Assembly: GCA_937924905.1 (NCBI GenBank)
Contig: CALDUK010000015.1
Span: 3,267 to 67,266, forward strand
Source: an uncultured Rhodobacteraceae bacterium
GTDB lineage: Bacteria; Pseudomonadota; Alphaproteobacteria; Rhodobacterales; Rhodobacteraceae
Length of the DNA: 64,000 bases
Direction of reading: 5' to 3'
Positions 27,177-36,434 of the stretch are shown here, one piece after another. Position 1 is the first letter of the stretch. The number at the start of each line of letters is the position of its first letter. The notes below the pieces were generated by a model. The model saw only the letters and a list, made by a program, of their open reading frames with translations, had not been told where the DNA came from and ran no database searches. A program made the position numbers and the translations under genes.

Positions 27177-28106
27177 TCAAGTCGCCTTGGCCGCGCGCAA
27201 TAACAGGTCAATTTCATCTCGTTTCGGCATCGAGGGTGCGGTGCCCGGTTTCGTCACCGAAAGTGCTGCCGTCGCTGCCCCAAACCGGGTGGCTTCGACC
27301 GGGCTTTGACCTTCGCTCAATGCTACGGCGAACCCGCCATTGAACGCGTCCCCCGCACCTGTTGTTTCGACGACCGGTCCGGCGTCAAATGCGGGCACAT
27401 GGATCGCATCGCTCTTTGTCACCAACAGCGCGCCATTGTCGCCCAATGTCAGCAGGGCGGCACCGACGCCCATGTCCAAAAGTTGTTTTCCCGCGCTTGT
27501 GGCGGTCTCAATATTCGTGACGGGCAAGCCTGTCAGCGCTTCGGCCTCAGATTCATTGGGTGTGACGTAGTCGCAAAGTGGAAAAACCGCCGCAGGCAGA
27601 TCCGCGGCGGGTGCTGGGTTTAAAATTGTTGTGGCGCCGCCCGCTTTCGCAATCTCAAGCCCGCGAATGGCGGAAGCCAATGGCTGTTCCAACTGGGTCA
27701 TGAACACGTCGGCCGAACCGACAAGATCTGCATGCGCTTCGACGTCTTTGGCTGAAATGGTACCTGCAACGCCCGGACATATGATAATAGCGTTCTGTCC
27801 GGTTGCTTCTTCCACAAAGATATAGGCTGCGCCGGTCGCCCCATCCTCATGGTGGGTAACCGCAGGTGTCACACCAGCCTCTTGCCAAATTTGCATCCCC
27901 ATATCTGCAAACAGGTCCCGACCAAGTTTAGAAATGAAATGCACATTGCCCCCGGCACGCGCCGCCGCAACCGCCTGGTTCGATCCTTTGCCGCCCGGGC
28001 CCAGCGCGAAATCATTGCCAAGAACCGTCTCGCCCAATTTCGGCGCGCGGTCCGCGCGATAAGTGGTGTCAGCGACGAAGACACCCAATATTGCGATATG
28101 GCCCAT
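27177..28106 (-). CDS. rbsK: Ribokinase
   Basis: Internal ATG 28106 of track ORF 27177..28136. MGHIAILGVFVADTTY..., GPGGKGSNQAVAAARAG, TTGAGDAFNGGFA. Confidence 0.85.
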   Translation of the reverse strand: MGHIAILGVFVADTTYRADRAPKLGETVLGNDFALGPGGKGSNQAVAAARAGGNVHFISKLGRDLFADMGMQIWQEAGVTPAVTHHEDGATGAAYIFVEEATGQNAIIICPGVAGTISAKDVEAHADLVGSADVFMTQLEQPLASAIRGLEIAKAGGATTILNPAPAADLPAAVFPLCDYVTPNESEAEALTGLPVTNIETATSAGKQLLDMGVGAALLTLGDNGALLVTKSDAIHVPAFDAGPVVETTGAGDAFNGGFAVALSEGQSPVEATRFGAATAALSVTKPGTAPSMPKRDEIDLLLRAAKAT

Positions 28107-28242
28107 GTGCGGTTCCCACCTGATGAAATAATTCAAAACGGTAAACGACCGAACGCAGCGGGTCTAGGCGGGCAGGCGGATACCACAGCGTGCCACCGGG
28201 TTGACGGAAAACGGGCGATGGCCTAGACGACTTATGCTTATC

Positions 28243-28316
28243 GCGGGCGTTGTGTAGTGGTAAGACCTCAGCCTTCCAAGCTGATGACGCGGGTTCGATT
28301 CCCGCCGCCCGCTCCA
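28243..28316 (+). tRNA. tRNA-Gly (anticodon UCC)
   Basis: Acceptor GCGGGCG/CGCCCGC, anticodon stem TCAGC/GCTGA with loop CUUCCAA, T-arm GCGGGTTCGATTCCCGC, encoded CCA. Nearly identical in the anticodon and T arms to E. coli glyT as I remember it. Confidence 0.92.
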
Positions 28317-28406
28317 AAAGCTTCTTTCGATTTTGTTTGTTGTCTTGTCAGTGGCTTGTGCATTCTGTTGCGCTTGGCTTAAGTGGCGACAAGACAAGGA
28401 AGCGAT

Positions 28407-30191
28407 ATGGCTGACGCCGCCACTGAACACAGAGAGAAATCAAAAAACGTCCGGGCGTTGCGCGCGCTTTGGCCGTTTGTAGCACGATACCGTTTGATGG
28501 TTCTGGCGGCGATCCTGGCTTTGGTCTCCACCGCCGTTATTTCGCTGATCCTGCCGATTGCCGTACGCCGCGTCGTCGATGGATTCGACACTTCAGCGGT
28601 CGAGCTGTTGGATAGCTATTTTTCGGCTGCACTGATCATTGCCATGCTTTTGGCCGTGGGCACCGGGCTGCGGTACTATCTGGTGACGCGACTGGGTGAA
28701 CGGGTCGTGGCGGACATTCGAAAAGCCGTCTTCAACGGCATGATCGGGATGAGCCCTGCATTCTATGAAAAGGTCATGACCGGCGAAGTCCTGTCGCGCA
28801 TAACCACGGACACAACCGTCATTCTCAGCGTTATCGGTTCGTCTATTTCGGTCGCTGCGCGCAACGTGCTGATCCTGATAGGCGGCATGATCCTGCTTTT
28901 GTTCACGTCGCTGAAACTTGCAGCTCTTGTGCTGCTGTTGGTGCCGGTGATCATCATCCCAATTGTTGTGATGGGCCGGCGTTTGCGGGTGCTGTCGCGC
29001 GAAAATCAGGACTGGATTGCCAACTCGAGCGGCAATGCATCCGAAGCGCTTTTGTCGGTGCAGGCCGTACAGGCTTACACACACGAAGGCCCAAGCCGTG
29101 CGACATTCGGTGATGTGACCGAACAGGCGTTTCAATCCGCGAAAAAGCGGATTGGTCTGCGCGCCGTTATGACCGTCGTTGTTATTTCGCTTGTTTTCGT
29201 TGGAATTGTCGGGGTGCTTTGGATCGGCGCGCGTGATGTGCGTGCGGGCGATATGTCGGTGGGGGAATTGGTGCAATTCGTCATCTATGCCGTCATGGTC
29301 GCCGGTGCGGTCGGCGCCTTGTCCGAGATATGGGGCGAATTGCAACGCGCAGCAGGCGCGACAGAACGGCTGGTCGAACTGCTTGAGGCGGACGATACGG
29401 TTGAAGACCCGATAAACGCAGCACCAATTGCCCTGCCGGTCAAAGGCAGCGTCGCATTTGAAGATGTCGTCTTTCACTACCCCACGCGGCCAACACAAGC
29501 CGCGCTGGATCATGTGGCGTTTTGCGTCGAGCCGGGCGAAACGGTCGCACTTGTCGGCCCATCCGGGGCGGGAAAATCAACGGTCATTCAATTGCTTCTT
29601 CGCTTTTATGATCCCAAAAGCGGGCGTATCCGCATTGATGGTCACGACTTGACGGAACTGTCGCGCGCGGATTTCAGGCAGCACATCGCGCTTGTGCCGC
29701 AAGAACCGGTGATCTTCGCCACCTCAGCGCGCGAAAACATCCGCTTTGGCCGTCCCGTTGCCACGGATGCCGAGGTTGAGGCCGCCGCGTCCGCCGCCGC
29801 CGCGCATGAGTTTTTGTCCAAGTTGCCTGATGGATATGACACAGAAGTCGGCGAACGGGGTGTCATGTTGTCAGGCGGTCAGAAACAACGGATCGCCATT
29901 GCCCGCGCCATCCTGCGGGATGCGCCCATCCTTTTGCTGGACGAAGCCACCAGCGCGCTGGATGCCGAAAGCGAACGCGCCGTGCAGCAGGCGGTCGAAC
30001 GTCTGTCGGCTGGTCGCACAACACTTGTTGTCGCGCACCGTCTTGCAACAGTTAAACAGGCAGACCGTATCCTTGTCTTTGATGACGGTAAGATCGTCGC
30101 AACCGGCACTCACGACAGTCTTGTGGCCGATGGCGGACTTTATGCGCGGCTCGCCCGCTTGCAATTTACCGAAGGCTTGGCCGCAGAGTAA
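28407..30191 (+). CDS. ABC transporter, fused permease/ATPase (ABCB / MsbA-like exporter)
   Basis: ATG 28407 (AAGGAAG 5 nt upstream) within track ORF 28383..30191. Six-TM N-domain, then [34 protein letters not shown]. Confidence 0.9.
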   Translation: MADAATEHREKSKNVRALRALWPFVARYRLMVLAAILALVSTAVISLILPIAVRRVVDGFDTSAVELLDSYFSAALIIAMLLAVGTGLRYYLVTRLGERVVADIRKAVFNGMIGMSPAFYEKVMTGEVLSRITTDTTVILSVIGSSISVAARNVLILIGGMILLLFTSLKLAALVLLLVPVIIIPIVVMGRRLRVLSRENQDWIANSSGNASEALLSVQAVQAYTHEGPSRATFGDVTEQAFQSAKKRIGLRAVMTVVVISLVFVGIVGVLWIGARDVRAGDMSVGELVQFVIYAVMVAGAVGALSEIWGELQRAAGATERLVELLEADDTVEDPINAAPIALPVKGSVAFEDVVFHYPTRPTQAALDHVAFCVEPGETVALVGPSGAGKSTVIQLLLRFYDPKSGRIRIDGHDLTELSRADFRQHIALVPQEPVIFATSARENIRFGRPVATDAEVEAAASAAAAHEFLSKLPDGYDTEVGERGVMLSGGQKQRIAIARAILRDAPILLLDEATSALDAESERAVQQAVERLSAGRTTLVVAHRLATVKQADRILVFDDGKIVATGTHDSLVADGGLYARLARLQFTEGLAAE

Positions 30192-30280
30192 CGCTGCGTC
30201 TTCAATTTCGGCGCACTATTGCCCGAGCGGGGTGAATGGCGCACAAATTGAAGTGGGAGACATGGAAGAGGAGTTTCGGC

Positions 30281-32170
30281 ATGGATTTGTCATCGCGCGC
30301 AGCACGGGACGCTATCGAACAACAAATGCCCTGGGATCAGCGTGATTTGCCGCCGACCGTTTATCAGGCGCTGCAAGCGACTGCGACCAAGCATGGTGCC
30401 CGCCCGGCCGTAAGCTTTCAACTGTTGTCCGGCGTCAAAGACCCGGCTGAAACACTGAACTGGGCCGAGATGCGCGCCAAGACAGCGCAGGCTGCGAACC
30501 TGTTCCGCAGCCTTGGCATTGGGGAAAACGACGTTGTCGCGTACCTGTTGCCGAACGCGAATGAAACGGTTCTGACTTTGCTGGGCGGCATGACTGCCGG
30601 CATCGTCAATCCGATCAACCCGCTTCTTGAAGTCGATCAGATCGCGGCCATTCTGCGCGAAACGAACGCCAAAGTGCTGGTAACCCTCAAAGCCTTCCCC
30701 AAAACCGATGTGCCGCAGAAAGCGGCCGAAGCCGTGGCACTTGCGCCGAACGTCAAGACGGTGCTCGAAGTTGATCTTTTGCGCTATCTGTCGCCCCCAA
30801 AGTCCTGGATCGTACCGCTGGTGCGTCCAAAAAACCCGGTAACACACAATGCAACGGTCAAAAGCCTTGTGGCCGAGATGGCCAAGCAACCGACCGAACT
30901 GACCTTCGAAGAGCCGGCCAATGACCGCGTCGGCGCCTATTTCCACACAGGTGGCACCACTGGCATGCCAAAGGTGGCTCAGCACAAACATTCGGGCATG
31001 GTCTACAATGGCTGGCTTGGAGCATCGCTTTTATTTGAGCCTGACAGCGTATCAATGTGCCCGCTGCCCTTGTTCCATGTGTTTGCGGTCCAGGTCATTC
31101 TGATGGCCAAGATCCAATCAGGCGCGCATGTCGTTTTCCCGACCCCTGCAGGATACCGGGGCGATGGTGTGTTCGACAATTTCTGGAAATTGCTCGAACG
31201 CTGGAAAGTCACATTCATTATCGGTGTGCCAACCGCGTTCTCGGCGCTGATGCAACGCCCGGTCGATGCCGATATCTCGACGGTGAAAACAGCTTTTTGT
31301 GGGTCATCTCCTCTGCCGGTGGAACTATACAAGCGCTTTGAAGAAGCCTGCGGCGTCGAAGTGATCGAAGGCTATGGGCTTACAGAAGCCACCTGTCTGG
31401 TGTCCATCAATCCGATTGGGGGCGTGAAGAAGATTGGATCGATCGGTATTCCGTTCCCCTATACGGATGTGAAAATACTGATGGGCACGGCCGATGGCGT
31501 GCGCGAATGTGCTACCGACGAGATTGGTGAAATCTGTGTCTCCAGCCCGGGCGTTTTTGCGGGGCATACTTACACACAAGATGAAAAGAATGCTGATTTG
31601 TTCCACCATGACCGCTTTCTCCGAACGGGTGATTTGGGTCGTTTGGACGAAGACGGTTATCTGTGGATCACCGGTCGGGCTAAGGATCTGATCATTCGGG
31701 GCGGGCACAATATTGACCCCGCTGAAATCGAAGAAGCGCTGGCCGGACACCCCGCCGTCGCGATGGCAGGCGCCATTGGTCAACCCGATGCCCATTCCGG
31801 TGAGCTGCCATGCGCCTATGTTGAACTGGTCGCAGGTGCGACGGTGACCGAACAGGAACTGATGGATTACGCGTCTGAGCATATCCACGAACGGGCTGCA
31901 TTCCCCAAATATATTGAGATCATTGAAGAACTTCCGAAAACCGCCGTCGGCAAAGTGTTCAAGCCAGACCTGCGCCGCAGCGCGATCACGCGCATCTACA
32001 ACGCTGCATTGGCTGAAAAAGGTCTGGATGCGCGGGTTGTGAATGTCGTTGAAGACAAGAAACGCGGTCTTGTGGCGCATCTTAGCGGCCGGTCCAGCAC
32101 TGACGACGCTGCTGTGACAGATACGCTTGGTGGCTTCACGCGGCCGTGGTCATGGGCGGAAAATAGCTAA
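30281..32170 (+). CDS. Acyl-CoA synthetase (AMP-forming, ~630 aa class)
   Basis: ATG 30281 (GAGGAG upstream) within track ORF 30236..32170. AMP-binding motif YFHTGGTTGMPKVAQHKH, GYGLTE, TGDLG. Confidence 0.9.
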   Translation: MDLSSRAARDAIEQQMPWDQRDLPPTVYQALQATATKHGARPAVSFQLLSGVKDPAETLNWAEMRAKTAQAANLFRSLGIGENDVVAYLLPNANETVLTLLGGMTAGIVNPINPLLEVDQIAAILRETNAKVLVTLKAFPKTDVPQKAAEAVALAPNVKTVLEVDLLRYLSPPKSWIVPLVRPKNPVTHNATVKSLVAEMAKQPTELTFEEPANDRVGAYFHTGGTTGMPKVAQHKHSGMVYNGWLGASLLFEPDSVSMCPLPLFHVFAVQVILMAKIQSGAHVVFPTPAGYRGDGVFDNFWKLLERWKVTFIIGVPTAFSALMQRPVDADISTVKTAFCGSSPLPVELYKRFEEACGVEVIEGYGLTEATCLVSINPIGGVKKIGSIGIPFPYTDVKILMGTADGVRECATDEIGEICVSSPGVFAGHTYTQDEKNADLFHHDRFLRTGDLGRLDEDGYLWITGRAKDLIIRGGHNIDPAEIEEALAGHPAVAMAGAIGQPDAHSGELPCAYVELVAGATVTEQELMDYASEHIHERAAFPKYIEIIEELPKTAVGKVFKPDLRRSAITRIYNAALAEKGLDARVVNVVEDKKRGLVAHLSGRSSTDDAAVTDTLGGFTRPWSWAENS

Positions 32171-32278
32171 AATCTTACAAATATGTCCGCTCAGCGCCAC
32201 ATTTCACGAGAAATCTGCCGCATTACCGCCTTGTTAACCTCTCAAGCTTAATCTCATCGGCAATGAGAGAGGTTTGAT

Positions 32279-32464
32279 ATGGCCTATATGTTGATTGGAA
32301 TTGTAACGGCGGTCTATATGGCGCTCACGACATTTATGTCGACGGGCTCTATCCTTTTGTCTTTCGCCATTTATTCCCTTACCGGCACTCTGGTTCTTTG
32401 CAATGCGGTTGCTTCAGAAGCCTTGTTTGGACGGGATTCGGACGACGTTCGCCGTTTGGATTAA
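32279..32464 (+). CDS. Small hydrophobic protein (61 aa, two predicted TM helices), hypothetical
   Basis: Track ORF with GAGAGG 5 nt upstream. MAYMLIGIVTAVYMALTTFMSTGSILLSFAIYSLTGTLVLCNAV then a charged tail. Sits in a visibly lower-GC intergenic island. Confidence 0.4.
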   Translation: MAYMLIGIVTAVYMALTTFMSTGSILLSFAIYSLTGTLVLCNAVASEALFGRDSDDVRRLD

Positions 32465-32554
32465 GACTGTGACCAAAGCTGGGTCAATTTCAGTGAAAAC
32501 TTGAGATCTCTCTCGTTTTCTGTCCAGTCCCATTATTCTAAAGCGAAATAACGG

Positions 32555-33193
32555 CTAAGGCGTCCATTTCAAAAAGTTCGCAATCAGCCGCAGACCCGCC
32601 GACTGACTTTTTTCAGGGTGAAACTGCGTCCCGATCATCGTTCCGCGTCCAACAATCGCGGTGATTTCCCCACCATATTCGCAAAATGCCAAGCGCTGAC
32701 CCGGCTGGGCGACGTCCATTTGATACGAATGGACAAAATAGGCATGGTCACCTGTGTCCAACCCAGCAAGCACTGGGTGGTGGGTCTCGATCACCAAATC
32801 GTTCCAGCCCATATGCGGGATCTTAAGTGACCTGTCGCATGGTTCGATTCTCTGAACCTCGCCATCAATCCAGCCCAGCCCCGCAACTGTTTCGTACTCA
32901 TGGCCGGAACGCGCCATCAATTGCATGCCAACGCAAATACCCAGGAACGGCTTGCCCTTTTTTTCGACGCTCTCAATCAAGGCGTCAAACAAAGCGGCGT
33001 CTTCCGTCAAAGCGCTTTTGCACGCCGGGAACGCCCCGTCTCCCGGCAGAACAATCCGGTCTGCGCGCGCAACATCTTCGGCGCGCGACGTGACCATCAC
33101 GTCGCCAGCGTCGGTCTCGCGCGCCATGCGTTGAAACGCCTTTTCAGCTGAATGCAGGTTTCCCGCGCCATAGTCGATCAAGACGGTTAGCAC
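32555..33193 (-). CDS. hisH: Imidazole glycerol phosphate synthase, glutamine amidotransferase subunit
   Basis: Track ORF 32555..33256. The likely start is GTG 33193 ((M)LTVLIDYGAGNLHS), 1 nt after the hisB TGA. Catalytic LGICVGMQLM and FHPEKS. Confidence 0.9.
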   Translation of the reverse strand: MLTVLIDYGAGNLHSAEKAFQRMARETDAGDVMVTSRAEDVARADRIVLPGDGAFPACKSALTEDAALFDALIESVEKKGKPFLGICVGMQLMARSGHEYETVAGLGWIDGEVQRIEPCDRSLKIPHMGWNDLVIETHHPVLAGLDTGDHAYFVHSYQMDVAQPGQRLAFCEYGGEITAIVGRGTMIGTQFHPEKSQSAGLRLIANFLKWTP

Positions 33194-33194
33194 G

Positions 33195-33782
33195 TCACAG
33201 GGCGCCTTTGGTTGACGGAATGTCCTCGGCTTTTCGCAGGTCTGTCTCAACGGCATTTCGCAGCGCGCGGGCTACCGATTTAAAAGCTGCCTCGGCAATG
33301 TGGTGGCTGTTCAGCCCATGCAGCGCGTCAACATGCAGGGTGATTTGGCCGTGCGTCGAAAACGCCTAAAAAAACTCGCGCACAAGCTCTGCGTCGAACG
33401 CGCCAATCTTAGCGTTTGGAAAATCGACATTCCAGACCAAGAAAGGCCGGCCCGAAAGATCCAGAGCACTGCGCACCAACGCGTCATCCATCGGCAAAAG
33501 ACACGCGCCATAGCGCCGGATACCGCGCTTGTCGCCCAAAGCATCGGTCAAAGCCTGACCCAATGCGATGCCGGTGTCTTCGACCGTGTGGTGGTCGTCA
33601 ATGTGCAGGTCACCGGTCGCCCGGATCGTCATGTCAATCAGCGAGTGGCGCGCAAGCTGGTCAAGCATGTGATCAAAGAACCCAACACCTGTTTCGTTGT
33701 CATAGGCTCCGGTCCCATCAAGGTTGATCTCGACCGAAATATTTGTTTCGGCTGTTTTCCGCGTGATTGTGGTCTTGCGCAT
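33195..33782 (-). pseudogene. hisB: Imidazoleglycerol-phosphate dehydratase interrupted by one in-frame TAG (33366..33368)
   Basis: The track ORF 33366..33782 gives 138 aa ([23 protein letters not shown]...[14 protein letters not shown]...ELVREFF). The same frame continues after the TAG as [39 protein letters not shown]...STKGAL to TGA 33195. The total is 195 codons, the normal HisB length. Confidence 0.75.
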
Positions 33783-33940
33783 AGGTCCACTCCTTCGCGG
33801 CGGCTTATAGGAACTGCGTGTGCGAACGGGAAGTCAAAAGAACTCGGGTGCGGAAAACACTGCAAAATATGCGCCATTTTTCCCCCTTATGGTACTGCCC
33901 GCGGCGATTATCTATGTAAGGGTGACTGAAAGGGGCCGCA

Positions 33941-35356
33941 GTGATCATAGGTGATATTGCAGACGGTTTGACGCGAGGCGTTGAAACCACGGTCAAAACC
34001 GTAAGCGGTGTATTTTTTGAACCCGTCGTGAGGTTGGGCGTGACTGGCTTGTCCCGCGCAGGCAAGACGGTGTTCATCACGTCGCTGGTGGCCAATCTGA
34101 TCAACCGGGGTCGCATGCCGGGTTTGCGCGCCGCTGCCGAAGGCCGGATTGATGCAGTGTGGCTGCAACCACAACCCGACGACACGGTGCCGCGCTTTGA
34201 CTTTGAGGCGCATCTTGATGCAATGACCGGAACGTCTCTGATTTGGCCAGAAAGTACGAAAGGTATCAGTGAGTTACGGCTGTCTTTTCGTGTGCGTCCC
34301 AGCGGGTTATTGTCCGGTCTGACCGGCCCGCAAACCATCCATCTTGATATCGTCGACTACCCGGGCGAATGGCTGCTTGATCTTAGTCTTCTGGAAACCG
34401 ACTTTCGCGGCTGGTCGGACGCGGTTTTCAAACGCTTTGGTGACCGGCAGGAAATGAAAGGTTATCAAAACCTTTTGGCTGCGACCGACCCTGCCGCCAG
34501 CCTTGAAGAACCACAGGCAAAAGCACTGGCGGCGGCCTATACCGAGGCGTTAAACGCGCTTCGGAACGCAGGACTGTCGGATTGCACGCCGGGCCGATTT
34601 CTACTGCCGGGGGATCTGAAAGGCTCGCCCGTGCTGACATTCGCGCCTTTGCCGCCCGGCAGCGCGCCGCGCCGGTCGCTTGCGCGCGAGTTTGAGCGCC
34701 GCTTCGAAGCCTATAAGCGTGAAGTCGTGAAACCTTTCTTCCGTGAACATTTCGCACGCATCGACCGCCAAGTGGTTTTGGTCGATATGCTGGGTGCTAT
34801 CCATGCGGGCCCGCAAGCGGTCGAAGATATGCGCCAGGCCATGGCGGGCATTCTGTCGGCCTTCCGCCCCGGCCGAAACGCGTTTCTCAGCCAGATCTTT
34901 TTGGGCAAGCGCGTTGAAAAGATCCTGTTCGCGGCCACCAAAGCCGATCACCTGCACCAAACCCAGCACGGCGCTTTGACGGCTATAGCCGAAGCGATGT
35001 TGCAACAGGCGCGCGCGCGCGCTGATTTTGCAGGTGCTGAAACCTCGGCCATGTCTCTGGCGGCGCTGCGGACCACAACTGAAGATACGGTTTCGAAAGA
35101 CGGGCGCGAATTGAATGTCGTCAAAGGACGGTTGCTATCTTCGGGCAAGCCGGTGGCAATGTACCCCGGCCAACTGCCAAATGATCCGTCAAAGCTGCTG
35201 GAGCCTGCCCGAAATGGGGCAGACCAGTGGTTAGATGCCGATTACAGTATCATGTCGTTCGCTCCTCAGGATGTCAGCCTGAAACCCGGGGACGGCCCGC
35301 CGCATATCCGGCTGGACCGCGCGGCCGAGTTTCTGATCGGGGATCGTCTGAGGTAA
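33941..35356 (+). CDS. ycjX: YcjX-like P-loop NTPase family protein
   Basis: GTG start. RLGVTGLSRAGKTVFITSLVANL P-loop context, 471 aa, followed by its usual partner ycjF. Confidence 0.85.
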   Translation: MIIGDIADGLTRGVETTVKTVSGVFFEPVVRLGVTGLSRAGKTVFITSLVANLINRGRMPGLRAAAEGRIDAVWLQPQPDDTVPRFDFEAHLDAMTGTSLIWPESTKGISELRLSFRVRPSGLLSGLTGPQTIHLDIVDYPGEWLLDLSLLETDFRGWSDAVFKRFGDRQEMKGYQNLLAATDPAASLEEPQAKALAAAYTEALNALRNAGLSDCTPGRFLLPGDLKGSPVLTFAPLPPGSAPRRSLAREFERRFEAYKREVVKPFFREHFARIDRQVVLVDMLGAIHAGPQAVEDMRQAMAGILSAFRPGRNAFLSQIFLGKRVEKILFAATKADHLHQTQHGALTAIAEAMLQQARARADFAGAETSAMSLAALRTTTEDTVSKDGRELNVVKGRLLSSGKPVAMYPGQLPNDPSKLLEPARNGADQWLDADYSIMSFAPQDVSLKPGDGPPHIRLDRAAEFLIGDRLR

Positions 35357-35360
35357 GCCC

Positions 35361-36371
35361 ATGACAAATCACAGTAAAGACGCCCCGCTCATTATCGATA
35401 TCGATGACACAGGGCCACGGCCAAGCCCGGCAGACGCCCCCCCTGTGGCCGAGGTGACGGATTTGCCCACTGGGCAGGCGATGCAAAGCATGGCCACATT
35501 GGCCGCCCGCCGAGGGTCTGTGCTTGGGCGTTGGTTCTGGCGTCTTTTGCTGGCGCTGGTTGTATTTGTCTCGGGCTTGTTTTTCTGGGATTTCGTAACC
35601 GGCCTTGTCGCGCGCAATCCGGTGCTTGGCTATGCAGTCACCCTGTTGTTGGCGGCGTTCGTGCTGGTCTGTCTGGCGCTTGTCATCCGCGAGCTTGCGG
35701 CTCTGGCCCGGCTGAAAAGGGTCGATGGATTTCAAATCCGCGCCGCCGCGATCAGCGATGCGAACAATATCGATCAAGCACGCAGTTTCGCCAAAGACCT
35801 GCAACGGTTTTACAAGGGCCGCGCTGATCTTTCCTGGGGGCAGGGCAAACTGACCGATGCGCTGACCAACAGTTTCGACGTGGATACAGTTCTGACATCG
35901 CTGGAAGATACGCTTTTGTTGCCACTGGATACGCAGGCCCAGCGCGAAGTTGAAGCCGCCGCCCGGCAGGTCGCGACGGTCACAGCGCTGGTCCCGCTTG
36001 CTTTTGCTGATGTGATAGCCGCCCTGACCGCGAATGTTCGGATGATCCGGCGCATTGCCGAGGTGTACGGCGGACGCGCAGGCACGCTGGGCAGTTGGCG
36101 TTTGACGCGCGCGGTCATCACCCATCTTGTCGCCACCGGTGCAGTTGCGGTCGGGGATGATTTGTTGGGGTCGCTGGGCGGCGGCACGTTGCTTAGCAAG
36201 ATATCACGGCGGTTCGGTGAAGGTCTGGTCAACGGCGCGTTAACGGCGCGTGTCGGCATCGCCGCGATGGAGGTTTGTCGACCCATGGCATTCAGCGCCA
36301 CGAAACGTCCAAGTGTGACGGGCATTGTGCGCCGCGCATTGACGGGATTGTTCGACAAGAAAGAAATTTAG
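35361..36371 (+). CDS. ycjF: YcjF-like membrane protein (UPF0283/DUF697-type)
   Basis: GAGGTAA RBS. Central hydrophobic hairpin region and conserved pairing with ycjX. 336 aa. Confidence 0.8.
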   Translation: MTNHSKDAPLIIDIDDTGPRPSPADAPPVAEVTDLPTGQAMQSMATLAARRGSVLGRWFWRLLLALVVFVSGLFFWDFVTGLVARNPVLGYAVTLLLAAFVLVCLALVIRELAALARLKRVDGFQIRAAAISDANNIDQARSFAKDLQRFYKGRADLSWGQGKLTDALTNSFDVDTVLTSLEDTLLLPLDTQAQREVEAAARQVATVTALVPLAFADVIAALTANVRMIRRIAEVYGGRAGTLGSWRLTRAVITHLVATGAVAVGDDLLGSLGGGTLLSKISRRFGEGLVNGALTARVGIAAMEVCRPMAFSATKRPSVTGIVRRALTGLFDKKEI

Positions 36372-36434
36372 CCGACCGGTGGAACAAACCAACCGAGCGC
36401 CGCGTTTACTAATAAAGAACGTGGAGGCCTCGCA

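Noticed and set aside
28243-28400. tRNA-Gly as the integration site of a genomic island
   Set aside because: There is no integrase, no visible direct repeat of the tRNA 3' end, and the flanking genes (rbsK, ABCB exporter) look like core genes.
28593-29513. 306-aa minus-strand ORF inside the ABCB exporter gene
   Set aside because: It is antisense to a gene with six TM helices and full ABC motifs, and it has shadow-ORF composition.
33300-33929. 209-aa plus-strand ORF over hisB
   Set aside because: It is antisense to hisB. It was considered only because hisB is interrupted, but the hisB frame is homologous on both sides of the stop.
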